Source: Thalia democratica
Taxonomy: Eukaryota
Reading direction: 5' to 3'
Assembly (NCBI GenBank): GCA_965202585.1
Contig: OZ241832.1
Coordinates: forward strand, 52,328,001-52,392,000
DNA length: 64,000 bases
Within the stretch, counting starts at the first letter, position 1; each line of letters starts with the position of its first letter. Made by a program: the position numbers and the translations under genes. Below the pieces are notes generated by a model. It was not told where the DNA came from, did not search any database, and was given only the letters and a program-made list of their open reading frames with translations. This document shows, piece after piece, positions 48,015-63,000 of this stretch.

Positions 48015-51000
48015 TTACATGTTGTGGGCAGCTACTAGGCATATTAACAATGTATTGATGATTGCACTTGGAACGATGGTGAATCCGCTTGCTATAAAAA
48101 CATTTATTGACTTTAAACTTTTTTTTTTCTGATCCTGATAAGTTGTATTTTTTCTAGGTGGATAAATTTAATTTAAGTTATCAAACTTTTAAACCTAAAA
48201 CTAAGAAAACACTTCAGAATTCAATGGCAGTTAAGATAGTAGTATAACTTGAATTTTTATTTTTTCATTAGAAAAGATTAAAAACTATATGAAACATACA
48301 TATATTTAAGGCATTTTAAATTGCTATACCATATAAATCTAAAACTTTTATTATCTTTAGTGAACTATACATATCAATTTATTTTTCAATAAAACTGCTA
48401 CACTCTAACATTAACAACCGACCTGTAACAGCTTCTAATATCTTAGCAAGATCAGTAACAACGGTTTCAACTTTTTCAGTTGTTGTCTCAGTAGTTGTCT
48501 TCGAGTCTTTAGTGGTTGTGGTTGCTTCTTCTACTATTTTAACTTCTGGATTCTCTGGTGTAGTTGAGTCTCCTGTGGCTTTTTCTTCAATAGACTTCTC
48601 TGTGGCTTCTTCTTCAACAGACTTATCTGTAGCTTCTTCTTCAACAGACTTATCTGTAGCTTCTTCTTCAACAGACTTATCTGTAGCTTCTTCTTCAACA
48701 GACTCATTTATAGTTACTTCTTCGACAGACTCTTCTGAAGTAGTTGCTTTAACTGCAACAATCGGAGTTGTAGTTGTTGTAATTAAAGTTGTAGTCTCGA
48801 TTGAAACTGATTCTTCAGCCGAGTCTGCGGTACTTTCTTCAGAGCTGATAGCTTCAGTTTCCTCTGAAACTTCAGCCGAGTCTGCGAAGTCTTCTTCAGA
48901 GCTGATAGCTTCAGTTTCCTCTGAAACTTCAGCCGAGTCTGCGAAGTCTTCTTCAGAGCTGATAGCCTCAGTTTCCTCTAAAACTTCAACTTCTTCCTCG
49001 GGACGTTCAAGACTGAGAGCTGATAAACAAAAAAATATGTCAACACTTTTTAACCTGATTAATACAGCAGTTATTGCTATAGATGATCTATGTAACTTTT
49101 TGTGTAATAATTGTAAACTAACTGTCCAAAACAGCATACTGTTGTTCAACAGAAAGAACACCGTACAACTCTTTATTTTCGTACATTGCTCCTACATTTG
49201 AGATACCAGATGCTAATATCTGCTCTTTCGCCAGTCCGTCCTTAAATTGTATTCTTTACTCAGAAGTCTAAAACTTGACAACAGTTTCCAAAACTTTTTA
49301 CTAAACTAAATATATTTTAAACAACAACTGTTTTCAGATTTCAATTAAGTTTTTAAGCACAGGTAAACTTTCATTGGAACCTGGAGCGAGCCTTTAAGAT
49401 TTTTCACTTTACTTTTTTTTTAAAGTAGTAGACTGAAACTACAAAAAAAAAACCTTATTGATAACAAAAGTGATCAAAAACAAAGAGGTAAAAAAAAACA
49501 AATATCAATACTATAAGAATTTGGTTATAATTGGCTAGATTGGTATAAAGAAAGCAAATAATATATAGTACTGTATAGTTTGTGATCGTTTACTCTACAA
49601 AATAAAATATAGTAACTGCTTGAAAGTAAATGTTACAGTATTTTCATGCACCGCATTGATGTGTTGTAAAGAAATAAAAGTGATTTCTCTACCAATAAAA
49701 TAGTAATTTTAATTCAGATCCTTTCAGCTATTCGAAGCATCTGGTTAACATGACTCACCCTAATTCTGGTTGGCTCAACAACTGAGAATACTTTAGAATC
49801 AACGAATGACATGGAATCAACTGGCAATGCGCTCCAATCTTCAACAGACATTCCAGCTAAATATTTATATCAAACTTTAAACATTAATGAAAAAAACAAC
49901 AATAGTTCAAATCCATATAGTACTAAATCTAAAATTAAAAAATAAATTATCTGGAATATTTTCTATATATCCAAAACTAAACTTTATCACATCAAAGTTA
50001 TTTTATTCTGTAATTCAAAAAAAAATCTTTAAACATACTTGACCTTTTTTATGTTCATAACTAGCTAAAAGTTTTTACATTGTATTAAACAATTGTAAGC
50101 AATCTAATGCATTCAATATGTTTTTACTTTGTGAAGTTAAGGGGATCAAATAGTATACTTATTTATGTGGTTTTTCATTTACTTAGTTAAAAAGTTTAAT
50201 CAGCTTTCTTATTGAAAAGCACTTTAAAAATAAAGTTCAAATCTAAATTCTAAACTGACCTGCAATGAGCCCAAAGGTTGATAACACGGCACTGTCAATT
50301 GATTCGTTTCCTCTGGATTCTTTAATTGCTGAATACAAAATGTCGTAATGAGTCTGATTGAAACACGATACTTGTCCTAAATCCTTCATTGCGTCGCTAT
50401 TAAAAAAAGTTTTTATTGTAATTTAAATATTTATTTGCCACAATAATATTTTATCAGCCATCAATTAAAATTTAATCCAATTTAAAGAATCTTCTTACCT
50501 GATTTGTTCCGGAAGAACAAGTTCTAAATCGTTTGAGGTTGATCCACATAAAAGCGGTCCGAGTGCTACTAGCTGTTCACTTGTCAGCTCACCAACAGTT
50601 ACATTGTTGTGCGATAAGAAGTTTTTATAAATTGCTGATTTCTAATATAAGTTGTTAAACATTAAAAGCAATAGGTTTTTGAAAAATAAAGCATTGTCGA
50701 GTTAGGTACCTGTAGGTTTGAAAAGTCAACATCAGAAAAAGAAGAAGCAACTTGAGAAGTGATTGGCAACTCGGAAAGTAAATCTTCATTGGAATGCTGC
50801 AAGATGTACCGAAGTTGAACGACAATTTCTTCAGACCAACTTGAATAATCAGTAGTGAGATCCTGTTTATAAAGTTGATTAGTTTATAAACAAAATAATA
50901 AAAATGTTTTTATTGGGATAATTTTTGTATAGAAGTAAAAGCTATGGCTGTTCTTGAAAAGGGTACACACACATATATATATAGGTATAAAAACTTTAAA

Positions 51001-54000
51001 TTCTTGAAGTATCTAATAAACTACAGATTTAATCTCACAGATTTAAGTAACCCTTAACAAAACTATATTTAGAATTATAGTATTGCCATTAATATTCAAA
51101 GTAGTTATGATCTCTTTTGTTGTATTTAATTAACTCACAGATTCAAGCACTGTCAGTAGAGCACTGGCTTGTGGTTCTGTCCATTGTGAAACACTTCCTA
51201 GAACTTCTAAACTGTTGATAACTTCTTCATAACCCACTGTTGCCAACTGTTCGGGGGTCCACGCAGAATTTGCAGCTCCCAAAACACTAATCACGTCGTA
51301 GCTAAGTGTAGTAGCTGAAAAATTGCAAGCTGTTTCAAAAACTATTTAGTTTACTTACTTATATTTTAATTTACTCCGTTTGTAAATTTATAATTTAATT
51401 AATACAAACTAAGTTTATCAAAAGCTTTAGTATGCTAAAACAATCTACATACTGTCTCTTTTTCTTCTTCTGAGAGATGACTCAGAGCTTGAAGTTGTGG
51501 CCTGTCTTACTACCTCAGAAACGGCTTTTCCGTAAAATCCATCGTAATTAATTTGATTCTTATCTTCTTTCGACACTGACTCTGGTGGTTGAATTGTGCT
51601 GAGTGAATCCATAAACACATCCTACATTTGTATTAGATACTTAAAACCAAGATTAGCGCATTTTGCTAAATTATTTATAGATAGCTAAATTAAAATTAAC
51701 CCCGTTTATTTTGTCGATGTCAGATGTATTTAGAAGAGTAATAACTGGCCCGAGTGTATCAACAACTGCAGAATCCCAGTCAGAAGTTTCATTTCCAAAG
51801 TATTGTTTTGATAGATCTACTACTTCCTTGCGGAACGAACCGTCAAATCTTTGTGAAAAAATAGAGTTACAAACAATAGCTCACAAAAGAAGTCAAGAGT
51901 ACAAATAAAACTAACTTGGTGATGCATTGGGAAAGGTAAGGCAAAGCATCATTGAAACCGGCTTCCGTCATTGTTTTAACGTATTGAGATGGCATGTCAC
52001 ACACAAGTTGTCCCAAATCACTGACGTGTGTCTCATTCAAGTTGTTGTTTCCGTGAACTTTGTTCTTAAGCGTATTTCTTATGTTAACTTGACAAGGTTC
52101 TTATGGTAAATAGGCAAAAATACTACCACAATTAAGTTATGGCTTGTATTAAACATTTATAAGTTTCTATATTCAAAATAACTTACCACACATTGCAAAG
52201 CCTTCGAAGCATGCTTTTCTCTCATCATTTGAGAGACTTCAGGAGAAAGTTTGCTGAACTGAGCTTTTCCGATCTTCTGAACTGCGATCTGGCACAAGTC
52301 TTCTGGCAGTTCGTCTAACATCTCAGCTCTGGAAAAATATAGGTGTTTAGTTAGAAATAAATTTAGTTATTAAGCATATTTATTTACGGGTAATGAAGTA
52401 GGATATTGGGAGGGATACTCTGCAAAACTTCTCTCAAGTCGCCATCTGTGTCATTCTTCATGTAGTCTTGACCTCTGGTGTCTTCAAGAGCGCTGTGAAG
52501 TTTGTCTCGAATGCATTTTTCCTTCAAATAAATAAGTTAGCAATATGCTCATCAAGCACTTTAAAGTATCTTTTAAAATACCATATCAGGATAAAGCTCA
52601 GATTCAGACATAACAATGGCGTTTGAAATCATTTCATCATTGTACATTCCCCACACATCAGAACACTTCAGACCGGTTATTGTGGAGCCCATGACTTGTA
52701 GCTGCTCATTCGTGATGACGTCATCAGATCCGTTTCTGTAGATTTCTATCAACTTTGCAGCCTATAAAGAAATTATTGCTGTTTATTTACAAGAAAAACA
52801 AATTATATTTTATTCAAATTACTTGTCCTCTGTCCCACTTTTGATCCTTGAGAACGGTCATATTGATGCTTTCTTCGTCAATTTCTTCAAGTTTCTCAAG
52901 AGAAATCTCCTGCGCAAAATCACCCAGGTTCTTTTCAAGCACCATGTTAATATCGGCTTTTTCCATCTTAAAAAAGTTGTGTTTAAAAAATTTAAAACTA
53001 ACTTAAAAATTAGGCTAAAGTACCTTTTTAGCAATTGCTTTCTTTTGAAGTTTGTCAAAAGAAGAAGACTTTTCTCGTAAACCTGAAATTCCGCTCAAAA
53101 CGTTTTCCGGGGGAATGTCTTCAAAGTCTTCAGGTTTCAACTCAGTTACGAGTTCTCCGACTTCTGATAAAGACTTCACCTTTAATCCCGCTTCTTTAGC
53201 TTTTTTCAAAACTATTTTTTTCTGAAAACAAGCAGTGTTTATTTTGTATAAATTCATAGAAAAAACTGAAAATAAAAACGAACTTGTTGAGGCGACATGT
53301 TTTTGTTCTTATTGATAGTAGTAAAAGAATCAAGTACAGCTTTTTTGGGAAGTTCTTCGAGCTGCTTTGGCTTTAGACCACTCAAAGCGCCAGCAACTTC
53401 TTCCATTTCAGTGGAACTGATTGACTTTAGATCCTTTTCCTCAAATAAAGAGTCTGCCAAATCTCTCATCAACTGTAAAAAGCAATTAGTTTTTTAATTG
53501 TAGTATTACAAACGAAAAGTAAATATTTAATTACTCTAAAGTTGTTAACATCAGGTCGATATGCTTCCTTCTTTTCAACTCTTGTAGAAGCTTGTTGAAC
53601 AATTCGTTTATTTTCATAGGTCTTACAACGCGCCAGACGGCTTGCCGCTTCACCGGTGCACTATGAAAATTTTAAAGGTATAACTCAACAGTATGAATCT
53701 AAGCTGTATTACTGCTAATTTATAGATATGACCTTTAGTTTAATTAAAGTTTCTCATTACAAAATATTCAATGACTTTTACAATACAACAACATCATAAT
53801 AATGATTACAGACCATGTCTAAAGATTTTGAGAGGATATCTTCTTTTCCTTTACACTTATCCAACAAGTATTTTGTAAGATGCATGACTGCCTTATTACC
53901 CATGGATCCTTTAACGCGGTTAAACGGAATCTCACACAATCCCATTCCAAGCCTAAAAGAAACGCATTGTATAAATCAAATTAATTGATAAAGAGTATTT

Positions 54001-57000
54001 AATAGTTTATAAACAACTTACATATCTAAAAATTCGATTGAATCAAACGATTTTGGATCGTACTTGACCAGCGTCTTTATTAAAGTGTGCTGAAAACTTT
54101 TGAATTTCATATTCAATGGGTCAAGCTCCAAAAACTTTCCGTGCATGACGAAATCCTTTACCTAATAATGGGTCAAAATATTGTAAAAGTTTTAGTATTA
54201 TATTCTAAAATATTTGCTAAAAATCTACATACTATTTGTGGCTCTTCTTTAAATATTTCATTCAAGAAATAATGCGGTACATCCAAAATAAACTTTCCGA
54301 GACGAATCATATCCACTCTCTTGTCTGCAGAATGGATCCATTTGACAAAGTTGCTCCTTAGTGGATCAGATAAATCTTCGTATGACATTTCAAAGCAATT
54401 CAACCTTTAATTACAACATTAGTTAAATATACTTGTACTTGATAATTATAAAGTCAAGACAATTTGAATTTTAACAAAAAAAGTACTTAAATAATAAACC
54501 CAAAAATAATAATCTGTTTTTATTTATAAATCACAATAAAAAATATTTTGAACAGATTGATTTTAATTTTTTGAATCATTAAAAATTTGCCGTTGCATTA
54601 CTCACATTCCTTCCACATGATCTTTATGAGGCGGCAACTTTCTGAAGTGGTAAAGAGGGAGACCTGACACGTATGGACACATGTAATCGGTAAACATTTG
54701 CAGCTTCTGACCAGCAGAATGTTTGCCCATTCGCCTGAAGAACTCGTTGTTAATGGAATTCTGCAAACTCAATGGAGGTCGCCACGGCATACCTTCGTTT
54801 TCGTGTTCAGTCTATATATATTATTGTAGTAACATCACTCGTACACAACAAAATGAATGGTGTAAGTAGTCTACTTGATCCAAAATCCGGATCTGGAAAT
54901 AGCTTGCAAAGATCCGACCGGAACCAGATAGGACCTTTTTGTAATCTAAACCCAACCGAAGCCGGTTCTTAATTTTCTTTCAAATCAAAATCCGGATCTT
55001 GGCAAGCTATGGCCAGATCAGGTATTTTGGTTCGGTAACTTGTAAATTATCTTGTATTTTATAAACATCCCCTAAAAACTTTAAAACAGTATAATTAGAT
55101 GAAAAGTAGAGGTTGTTTTATAACTTTATGATATTAAACTATAAATGATTTACAAAAAATAATTTACATAATATGTAGTATAGATAAGTATGACTTTAAT
55201 AAAACTCACCATTTTTTCAGTTATGGACTCCAAACCTTCAATGAATTGATCTTCGGTGAGTTTATGAACAGTTCTCTTGAAACTGGCCGTATCAAGAGAC
55301 AACAAATTTGAATCAAATAGAGCTCCTACCGCTTCCTTGCTCAGTTCTTGAACTTGTTCTTCCTGTTAATAATTGCTTACTTTAACGAATATTGTAAGTC
55401 TTAATCTATACACTATACTAAGCTTATAAACAAATACAAAAGTGTTTAAATAAAATCGTCAAATAAACAAACTTAAAATAAAGTATTACAAACGAGGGCT
55501 TCCTTAAATTCATATTTACTTAAAAACTTTCTTAAATATTCTCAACTTCAGATTATGTTTATAAAAACTTACTCCCAGATTCCTTATCAACATAGAAGGC
55601 AAAGCTTTAACGTCATCTAGTTTAAGCATACCGAAAGAGCTCTCGCCTTTCAGCGCAGTCAGAACTCGATTTGTTTCCATACTACCTTTGCCTGACTGCT
55701 TATTCATGCTGAAATAAAATCAGAATAAACAAAATTAATTCATCACTAGTGCAAAATTGTTATTTATTGATCAGTAGAAAAAAAGGCAAAATTATAACAC
55801 TTGTGTGAAAAATTTGCCTGACATCAGTACTGATAAAAAGTTTCACCTTTTAAATATTTAATATAAGTTTATAAATTTATTTTGTTAATCGTTAAATTTT
55901 AAAACTGTATTAACTCGTAATTATTTTAGTTAACTTTTAAATATAAGAAAGTATAATAAATATTGTTCAAACTCACTATTTTGCAACACTGGCATCTTCA
56001 AAAACTAAAACATCTATAAAAAAGAAATGAGTTATTTACTAACTGGTTATGAAATTTTAAGTATAATCGTAGTTAAGAGAAACTTAAAACAGAGTCAGCT
56101 TGTACTGAAATAATCTAATTTTAAGAAACAAAACCTAAATAAAGTTATAAAAGAGACTATTTTACATACAACACGCTGTTATAAAAAGTCAATACAAAAT
56201 CTAATTGTTACTAACTAATCTTGGTAAACTCTTCCGTGTTTATCCCTGACGAAATTTTAACCGTAGGCCGTCTGACGGGAGCGCTTCCGAATATGGCTCC
56301 GAAATTCGGTCCTTGATCCGAAACTTTACCTGTGACCTCGAAGTGCACATTTTCAAAAACCGTATCGATCTTGTTCAAGCCGTGGTCGATAAACTTTTGG
56401 AAGACGGGACTTGTCATGGAGTTATAGTGGAGCATGTACTTCAATCGCATAGAGACGTGTTCTGCAAAACAACCAGGATCAGATTTTGTGAACAAGGATA
56501 GTTAGGAAATAGAAATAAATCAAACCTGAATTCATGCCAAGCGCTGATCTGACTGCGACATCTTTCTCCAGTCTGCTCAATCCACTGAACATTGCGGGTC
56601 TTGTTGCAAGGGTGAATGAGTTCATTGAACCCATGAGAGCCATGAAAGATGCGTCCAAACCGTCCTAAGCAAAATGAATAATAAAAATTCGAAATATTTT
56701 ATTAAAGTTTGATAAGACATTTTGCTATAAAAAAACAATATTTTGTGCATTAACAACTTTTTTAATTTGTGAATAATACTTAAAGTTACGTTATAGTTTG
56801 ATTAATAAACACTTTGTTACTCATTAAAGCACTATAATTAAAAGAAAGTCATATTAAAGTTAACACAAGTGTAGACAAAACTACTTTGTAAGCTGATTTA
56901 GACAACAGTCTGAATGCATTTTCATCAATCAAAGATGATTGGGTATGGTCTACTTGTTTCAATTCCTTGCTATCAAAAGCACCTGCAATTTTACAGACAT

Positions 57001-60000
57001 TTATAAAAATGTGTTGTTTTGAAATAACAGTTTGCATAATTGTTAATGATACCAATAAAAAACTTAATTCTCTCGTGTGCTAATATAGATAGTTAAAAAT
57101 TATATCATTTTTAAAAAGGTTATGAGAATTAAATTTTATTTTTGAAAAAATAGTGTAAAACAATACAGTTATTCTGAACAATTAAATTTTAAGTTTTGAA
57201 CTCTACTCAAAATATTTTATACTAACCAACAATTACACCCAGGTGTTTCAAAACTTTTCCTTTAAACATATTTTCACTGAAAACTTGGTAGGCGCGCAAT
57301 TTCAATGCATTAAGTTGGTTTCTATTGAAACATCTCAACTTTCCTATCATGCGTAGAGATTGTCTGCAAAATAACAATTTAATTTGGTTCAAAATTAATT
57401 TGATCTAAGTGAGCTGTTTCTAGTTAACATGTAAATGTTTAAAAAAAAAACAAAACTTTTGTGAAACACTTTAATTTTGTTTTCGGTACATAGACATATG
57501 AATATGCTTTTTCAGCTGTTTATGATTTGTTGTACATAATAATAATAAAATAATACATTTTTATAGGTTATTCACCTATATCATTTAAGCTAGTAAAAAA
57601 GGTTAACCTTTTATCAGTAATCAAAAACTAAAAACCAATAACCTTAAAATATATATTATCCTTCGTATCCATTAAAGTGAATTATCATAAAATTCTGAAC
57701 CACTAACCTAAAAGCGGTTTCGGAAATATTTCCCAGAGAAATTGGGCTGGCAGCACACAGAATGTGGCCGGCTGCTAACATTTCAGATGTTTCGAAATTC
57801 TCAACTTCTGCTGACCACAGATCATTGTAGTTGTGCAAAATTGCTCGTTTCTATTTATTGGTAAATTTCATAAACATAAAATAGTTGATAACCTGATTAT
57901 AAATACATAAAATATTTAAAAAACTTATACCATACTCAATAATAATTTTATCTATTAACAAGCAAGCCAGTTTATTTTCCAATCATATTACTGCTCTGAC
58001 AATCTTTTAAAAATAATAGGAGAAAACATAAACGACTTTTGAAGTTATTAGCGATCAGTTTTCGCTCTTTAGCATAAACTACCTGCTCATCAGACCAAGT
58101 GAAACGAGAAAACCGTTGCAAAACGTCAAAGTCCAAATTTGTAAGAGCTCTCAGGTCTTGTACTGTTAGCATGGGCGACACGTAGCCAAGATCCATCAAA
58201 TATTCTTTCGGCAAAGATTCGAAGTTAAGTGAAGTCTGCAAAAATAGAAATAAAAGAATCTGTTTTGAAGCTGTTATTGTTTTTTAACATCAAGATTAAG
58301 AAAACTATGATGACTAATTTAGTTTTTATACTATATTTACACAAAAAAATATTTTTTGACTTAAAAATTAAATTTTAAATCACCATATTTCTCAGAAATT
58401 TAAGTTTATCTGCAGTCCACCCTGGATACTTTCCAAGTCTGTTTAAGAACATGAGGAACATTTGTTTAGAATCAAACTTAGGATAGTCTTCAACCTCAAT
58501 TCCAATAACTGCCGGACCATACTTTTCAACACAAAGCAATGGGCAAGTGTTTTCTAAATAGTATTTAAAAGTAGTTAGCAACACAATTTATAAAAATCTT
58601 GAATGATTAACAGTTATTTTTGACTTTATAACATCAATCGATTGTTTTAAACTTCTAAAAAAGTACAAAAGTTTATCTTATGTTAAAAAACTCTTACCAT
58701 CGAACAGAGTGAAGCTTTCATCATCATCAATACTCATTTGATAAGACTTCATGGGTTTTGCTTCATACTGGTCATCCTTTACAGCTTGTCTTTTTATAAC
58801 TCTTCTATCAAAATCTGTTGGGACTTGATCATTGTTATCGTTATTCAATAAGCCAATAAGTTCTTCCTCATCATTCCTGTCTCTATTTTCTTCATTATCA
58901 TGATGTTCTTTATGATCACCATTCCAATCACTATGTTCTTCTTTAGCATGATGTTCTTTATGATCATCATTCCAGTCACCATTATCATCATTCCAATCAC
59001 TATGTTCTTCTTTAGCATGATGTTCTTTATGATCATCATTCCAGTCACTATTGTTATCATTCCAATCACTATGTTCTTCGTAATCATTATGTTTTTTATG
59101 ATCATCATCCCACTCTCTACGTTCATCATGATCATCATTCCAGTCACCATGTTGAATTACATCCCAAAGTTTATTATAAGTGGGCAATAGCTCTTCACTC
59201 AACACTTCAGCTATTTTGTTCACAAAACCATGGACAACCGTAGGTTCCAAGTTCACGGAACCGCTGCTGCCCACTTCGCCGATAAACTGTTGCACTTCTT
59301 TTCGGTGCACTGCTATAAGCTCCTGCGAGATATCAAGGATTTCGTAGAGACTCATCAGATATTTTTGCGTTGAATAGAAAAATTTTTTGAGAATACCAGA
59401 GAGTGCTTCCAAATTGTTTCTGTGTGTTTCTTGGTCTGGCGAGGCGAGAGCCGTGATGTCTTGAACAACTTCTTCAAAGTACGCGTCATCGAAAGTCGAC
59501 TGCGCATTATTCAATTCGCTTCTCAGTTTTTCTATGAGGTCCGTCTGAGATGGCATAGCTGCAAGTGTTCTTTCCAATCCTTCGTGAGATATTTCGCTCA
59601 CTTCTCTGACCATGGCCGCCACTTCGTCAATTCCTCGGAATCCGTTATCATGACTAACAACAGCTGAGTTGATTTCAGGCAGTTCAATTGTATCTTCCAC
59701 CAACACTTGGTGAACGAAATCAAGGCAAGTATTGTCCAGCTTGTAAAACTTTCTAGCCAAGCTTATGTGATTAACACGCATTTTGTTTTTGATCTCATTG
59801 AGGTACCGCTCGTTCAATACGTTATTCGTCATCATATCCTGCGTGATGTCCTCGAGCGCACGAAGATAATCGACACGCTTCAAAAGACGGAACGGCTTGA
59901 TGCTTTCAGATCCCAAAGCAGCTTCGTAATTGCAGACGCCAGGAGTCACGAGTCTGTCTACAATGACGTCGACCTGCCCAATCGTTTCAAGCTCAAATTC

Positions 60001-63000
60001 TACTATCGAGAAAACAAAGTCTTCGCCGATTTCGTCGTCAACAACTAAATCAACAAGCTCAATAAATTTGTTAACTTTGTCAATCACAGAACGGTTCACC
60101 TTGTAAAACGGTTCGTAATCGTTGAGCATGTCTAGAACTTTTACCAAGTGGTAGTACTTCTCTGACTCATCTTCCACTCTTTGCTTGTATGCTGCATAGT
60201 CAGACTCTGAAAATGCATCGGACTCTTCAAGCTGTAAGACAAAAATGACACTTGGTGCATGTTCCGGGTTTGCATACAAAGCTTGGGTGAGCTGACCCAG
60301 CTTGTCACCGTAAACTGAATGCAAACGTAGAAGTTCTCTGTAGTCTCTCTCATTTTCAAAGTTATCGCCGCTGATTGCAGAAAACTCTTGCATGTACCTC
60401 ATCATTGCTTCGAAATCAAGCTTTCGAGTGATGGAAAACAAACTTTCGACGTCATCTGCTTCAAAAGGTTTAAGTTCAACGAGTTGATTGTGTAAACGCT
60501 GAGGACTCACAAACTCTTTTACTCTGTGGAAAGCGTAAAAGTGAACAAAGTTGTCATTATCCAAAGTGTTTCCCAAGGATGAACTATCCCACTGACTATT
60601 TGCACTTCTAACAACATCTTCAAAATCACCTAGAGCAACATTGAAAACAAAACTGTTTTCAGGAACACTCTGTAACAAATCGATGAAAGTAGACAAAAGT
60701 TGAAAGGGCTCAACCACAGGTTGACCACTAAAATTTTCTACATTTTCATCATCTTCCGTTTCTTCTGAGCTCCTAGACTTAATCTCGGAAAGTGTTTCTA
60801 CTTGAGTTTGTAACTCTTCTGAGAATCTAGTGTCTAAACCTGCTTTTTCTTTTCTCAAAACAGCCTCCAAATTCTCTTTGTCATAAGAATCTTCGTTGGG
60901 GGAGCTAATTTTGTAGATGCTATCTAGCTCAAGCACAACATGCTTTAGCCCGTTCAAACCTGTGTGCTGTGCATTTTTAATACTTTTAACGAGATAAAAC
61001 AAATCAGAAAACTCTACAACATTGTAGCCTGAAGTACTGTTGCCTCCACCTCGCGTTTCGGACCTCAAATGGCTTGCAATATCTTCTAACAAATTATCAA
61101 AGGAGTTGATAGAAGGCACAAACTTGTTCCCGATGGTTTCTAAAAGCCGAGCAGCTGATTTGGTATCATAGTTTTGAGAATAATGATCCCTATTTCTATT
61201 AAACCCAATGTCCTGTCCTACGCTAACATACTGCATAATTCGGTTGATAAAATACATGTCTCGAGATAAAATTTGGTCCAAGTTATTCCAAATACTATTA
61301 GGTACAACAAACTCTGGATCATCATAAACGTTTGACTCCCAGTCTCTTGAAATTCTATGATCATCATTCCAGTCACTATGCTCTTCATCATCGAAGTAAC
61401 CACTTGTAGATTCTTGGTTACCATTTTCACTGCTTCCAATGTTAGGTTTGGGTCTTACAGCACTTCCCTGACCATCAGAACCAGACGTTGAAGCTACCTT
61501 ATTGCTTGAACCATCAAAACTGGATTCTTGGTTACCATTTACACTACTTCCAATGTTAGGTTTGGGTCTTTCAGCATTTCCTTGACCATCAGAACCAGAC
61601 GTTGAGGCTTCCTTATTGCTTGAACCATCAAAACTGGATTCTTGGTTACCATTTACACTACTTTCAATGTTAGGTTTGGGTCTTTCAGCACTTTCTTGAC
61701 CATCAGAACCAGACGTTGAGGCTTCCTTATTGCTTGAACCATCAAAACTGGATTCTTGGTTACCATTTACACTACTTCCAATGTTAGGTTTGGGTTTTTC
61801 AGCATTTCCTTGACCATCAGAACCAGACGTTGAGGCTTCCTTATTGCTTGAACCATCAAAACTGGATTCTTGGTTACCATTTACACTACTTCCAATGTTA
61901 GGTTTGGGTCTTTCAACACTTTCTTGACCATCAGAACCAGACGTTGAGGCTACCTTATTGCTTGAACCATCAAAACTGGATTCTTGGTTACCATTTACAC
62001 TACTTCCAATGTTAGGTTTGGGTTTTTCAGCACTTTCTTGACCATCAGAACCAGACGTTGAGGCTTCCTTATTGCTTGAACCATCAACATCGGGTGTCAA
62101 TTTTTTTGCCTGCCTGGCAAACCGAATCAAAGAATCAAAAGCGTCACGGTCGCCCGACGTCACTTCTGCCCGTACACGATGGAAAATTTCTGACAGCTGC
62201 TGGTCGTCCAACGATCCCTTCAACACTTTCATGCGTTCCAGCTGAGAGAGCGCTTGAGCCATGCTGTCGGGACTCGACGCTTCAACTCTGATGTTTTCGA
62301 GAATTTCTTGCAAATCGACGATGGACTTGACCCAATCGTACAAGTTGCCGAGCACGTTGGCGCTGTCGGGAAACTCCACGTTGTCGGTTTGCATCATTCC
62401 GATCAGCTCCAGCATGGCGTTCAAACCGTTCGTCTGACTGCTTTTGTACACATTGAGCAAGGTGGCTTGGTCGAGCCTTAAATTTCGTAACAAACTGAAC
62501 AATTTTTCATTTACTCTTAGGAGGTCATCGGTAAGAACGTCTATCATCGACCACAATAGTTGATCGTCAGTATGATCGGCTTTATCCGCACCACTTCTGA
62601 TGGTGTCTTTCCAAAACTGCGAGCTGTCATGCTCACCTTCTTCAAAGCTACGGTGAATGGCGTCGGAAAAGTCTTGGTGTGTGAGTTTTGCGTACAAGAT
62701 TTCCATTACCTGCCACAGATCTTCAGTGATCAAACGGACCATTTCATCCAACTGCTCGTGATCTATCTCCAAATGAGTTACTCCAGACACATCAACTCTT
62801 TCTATCATCCTTATGAGCTCTGAAAGTTGAGCGGGTCTGGGGAAACGACGTTCGTTGAGTTTTATTGAAGCCACAACTAACTGGACATTGTCTGTCAGCT
62901 CTCCAGCTACATTTCTAAGCATTTTGACGAACGCATTGATAAAGTCGAACCCATCAATTTGCCTGTTGAGACTTTTCAAACTGCAAAGCTCTCTCATGCT

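Noticed and set aside
48512-49201. 229-aa Ser-rich + strand ORF
   Set aside because: Antisense reading of the stalk repeats of the minus-strand gene.
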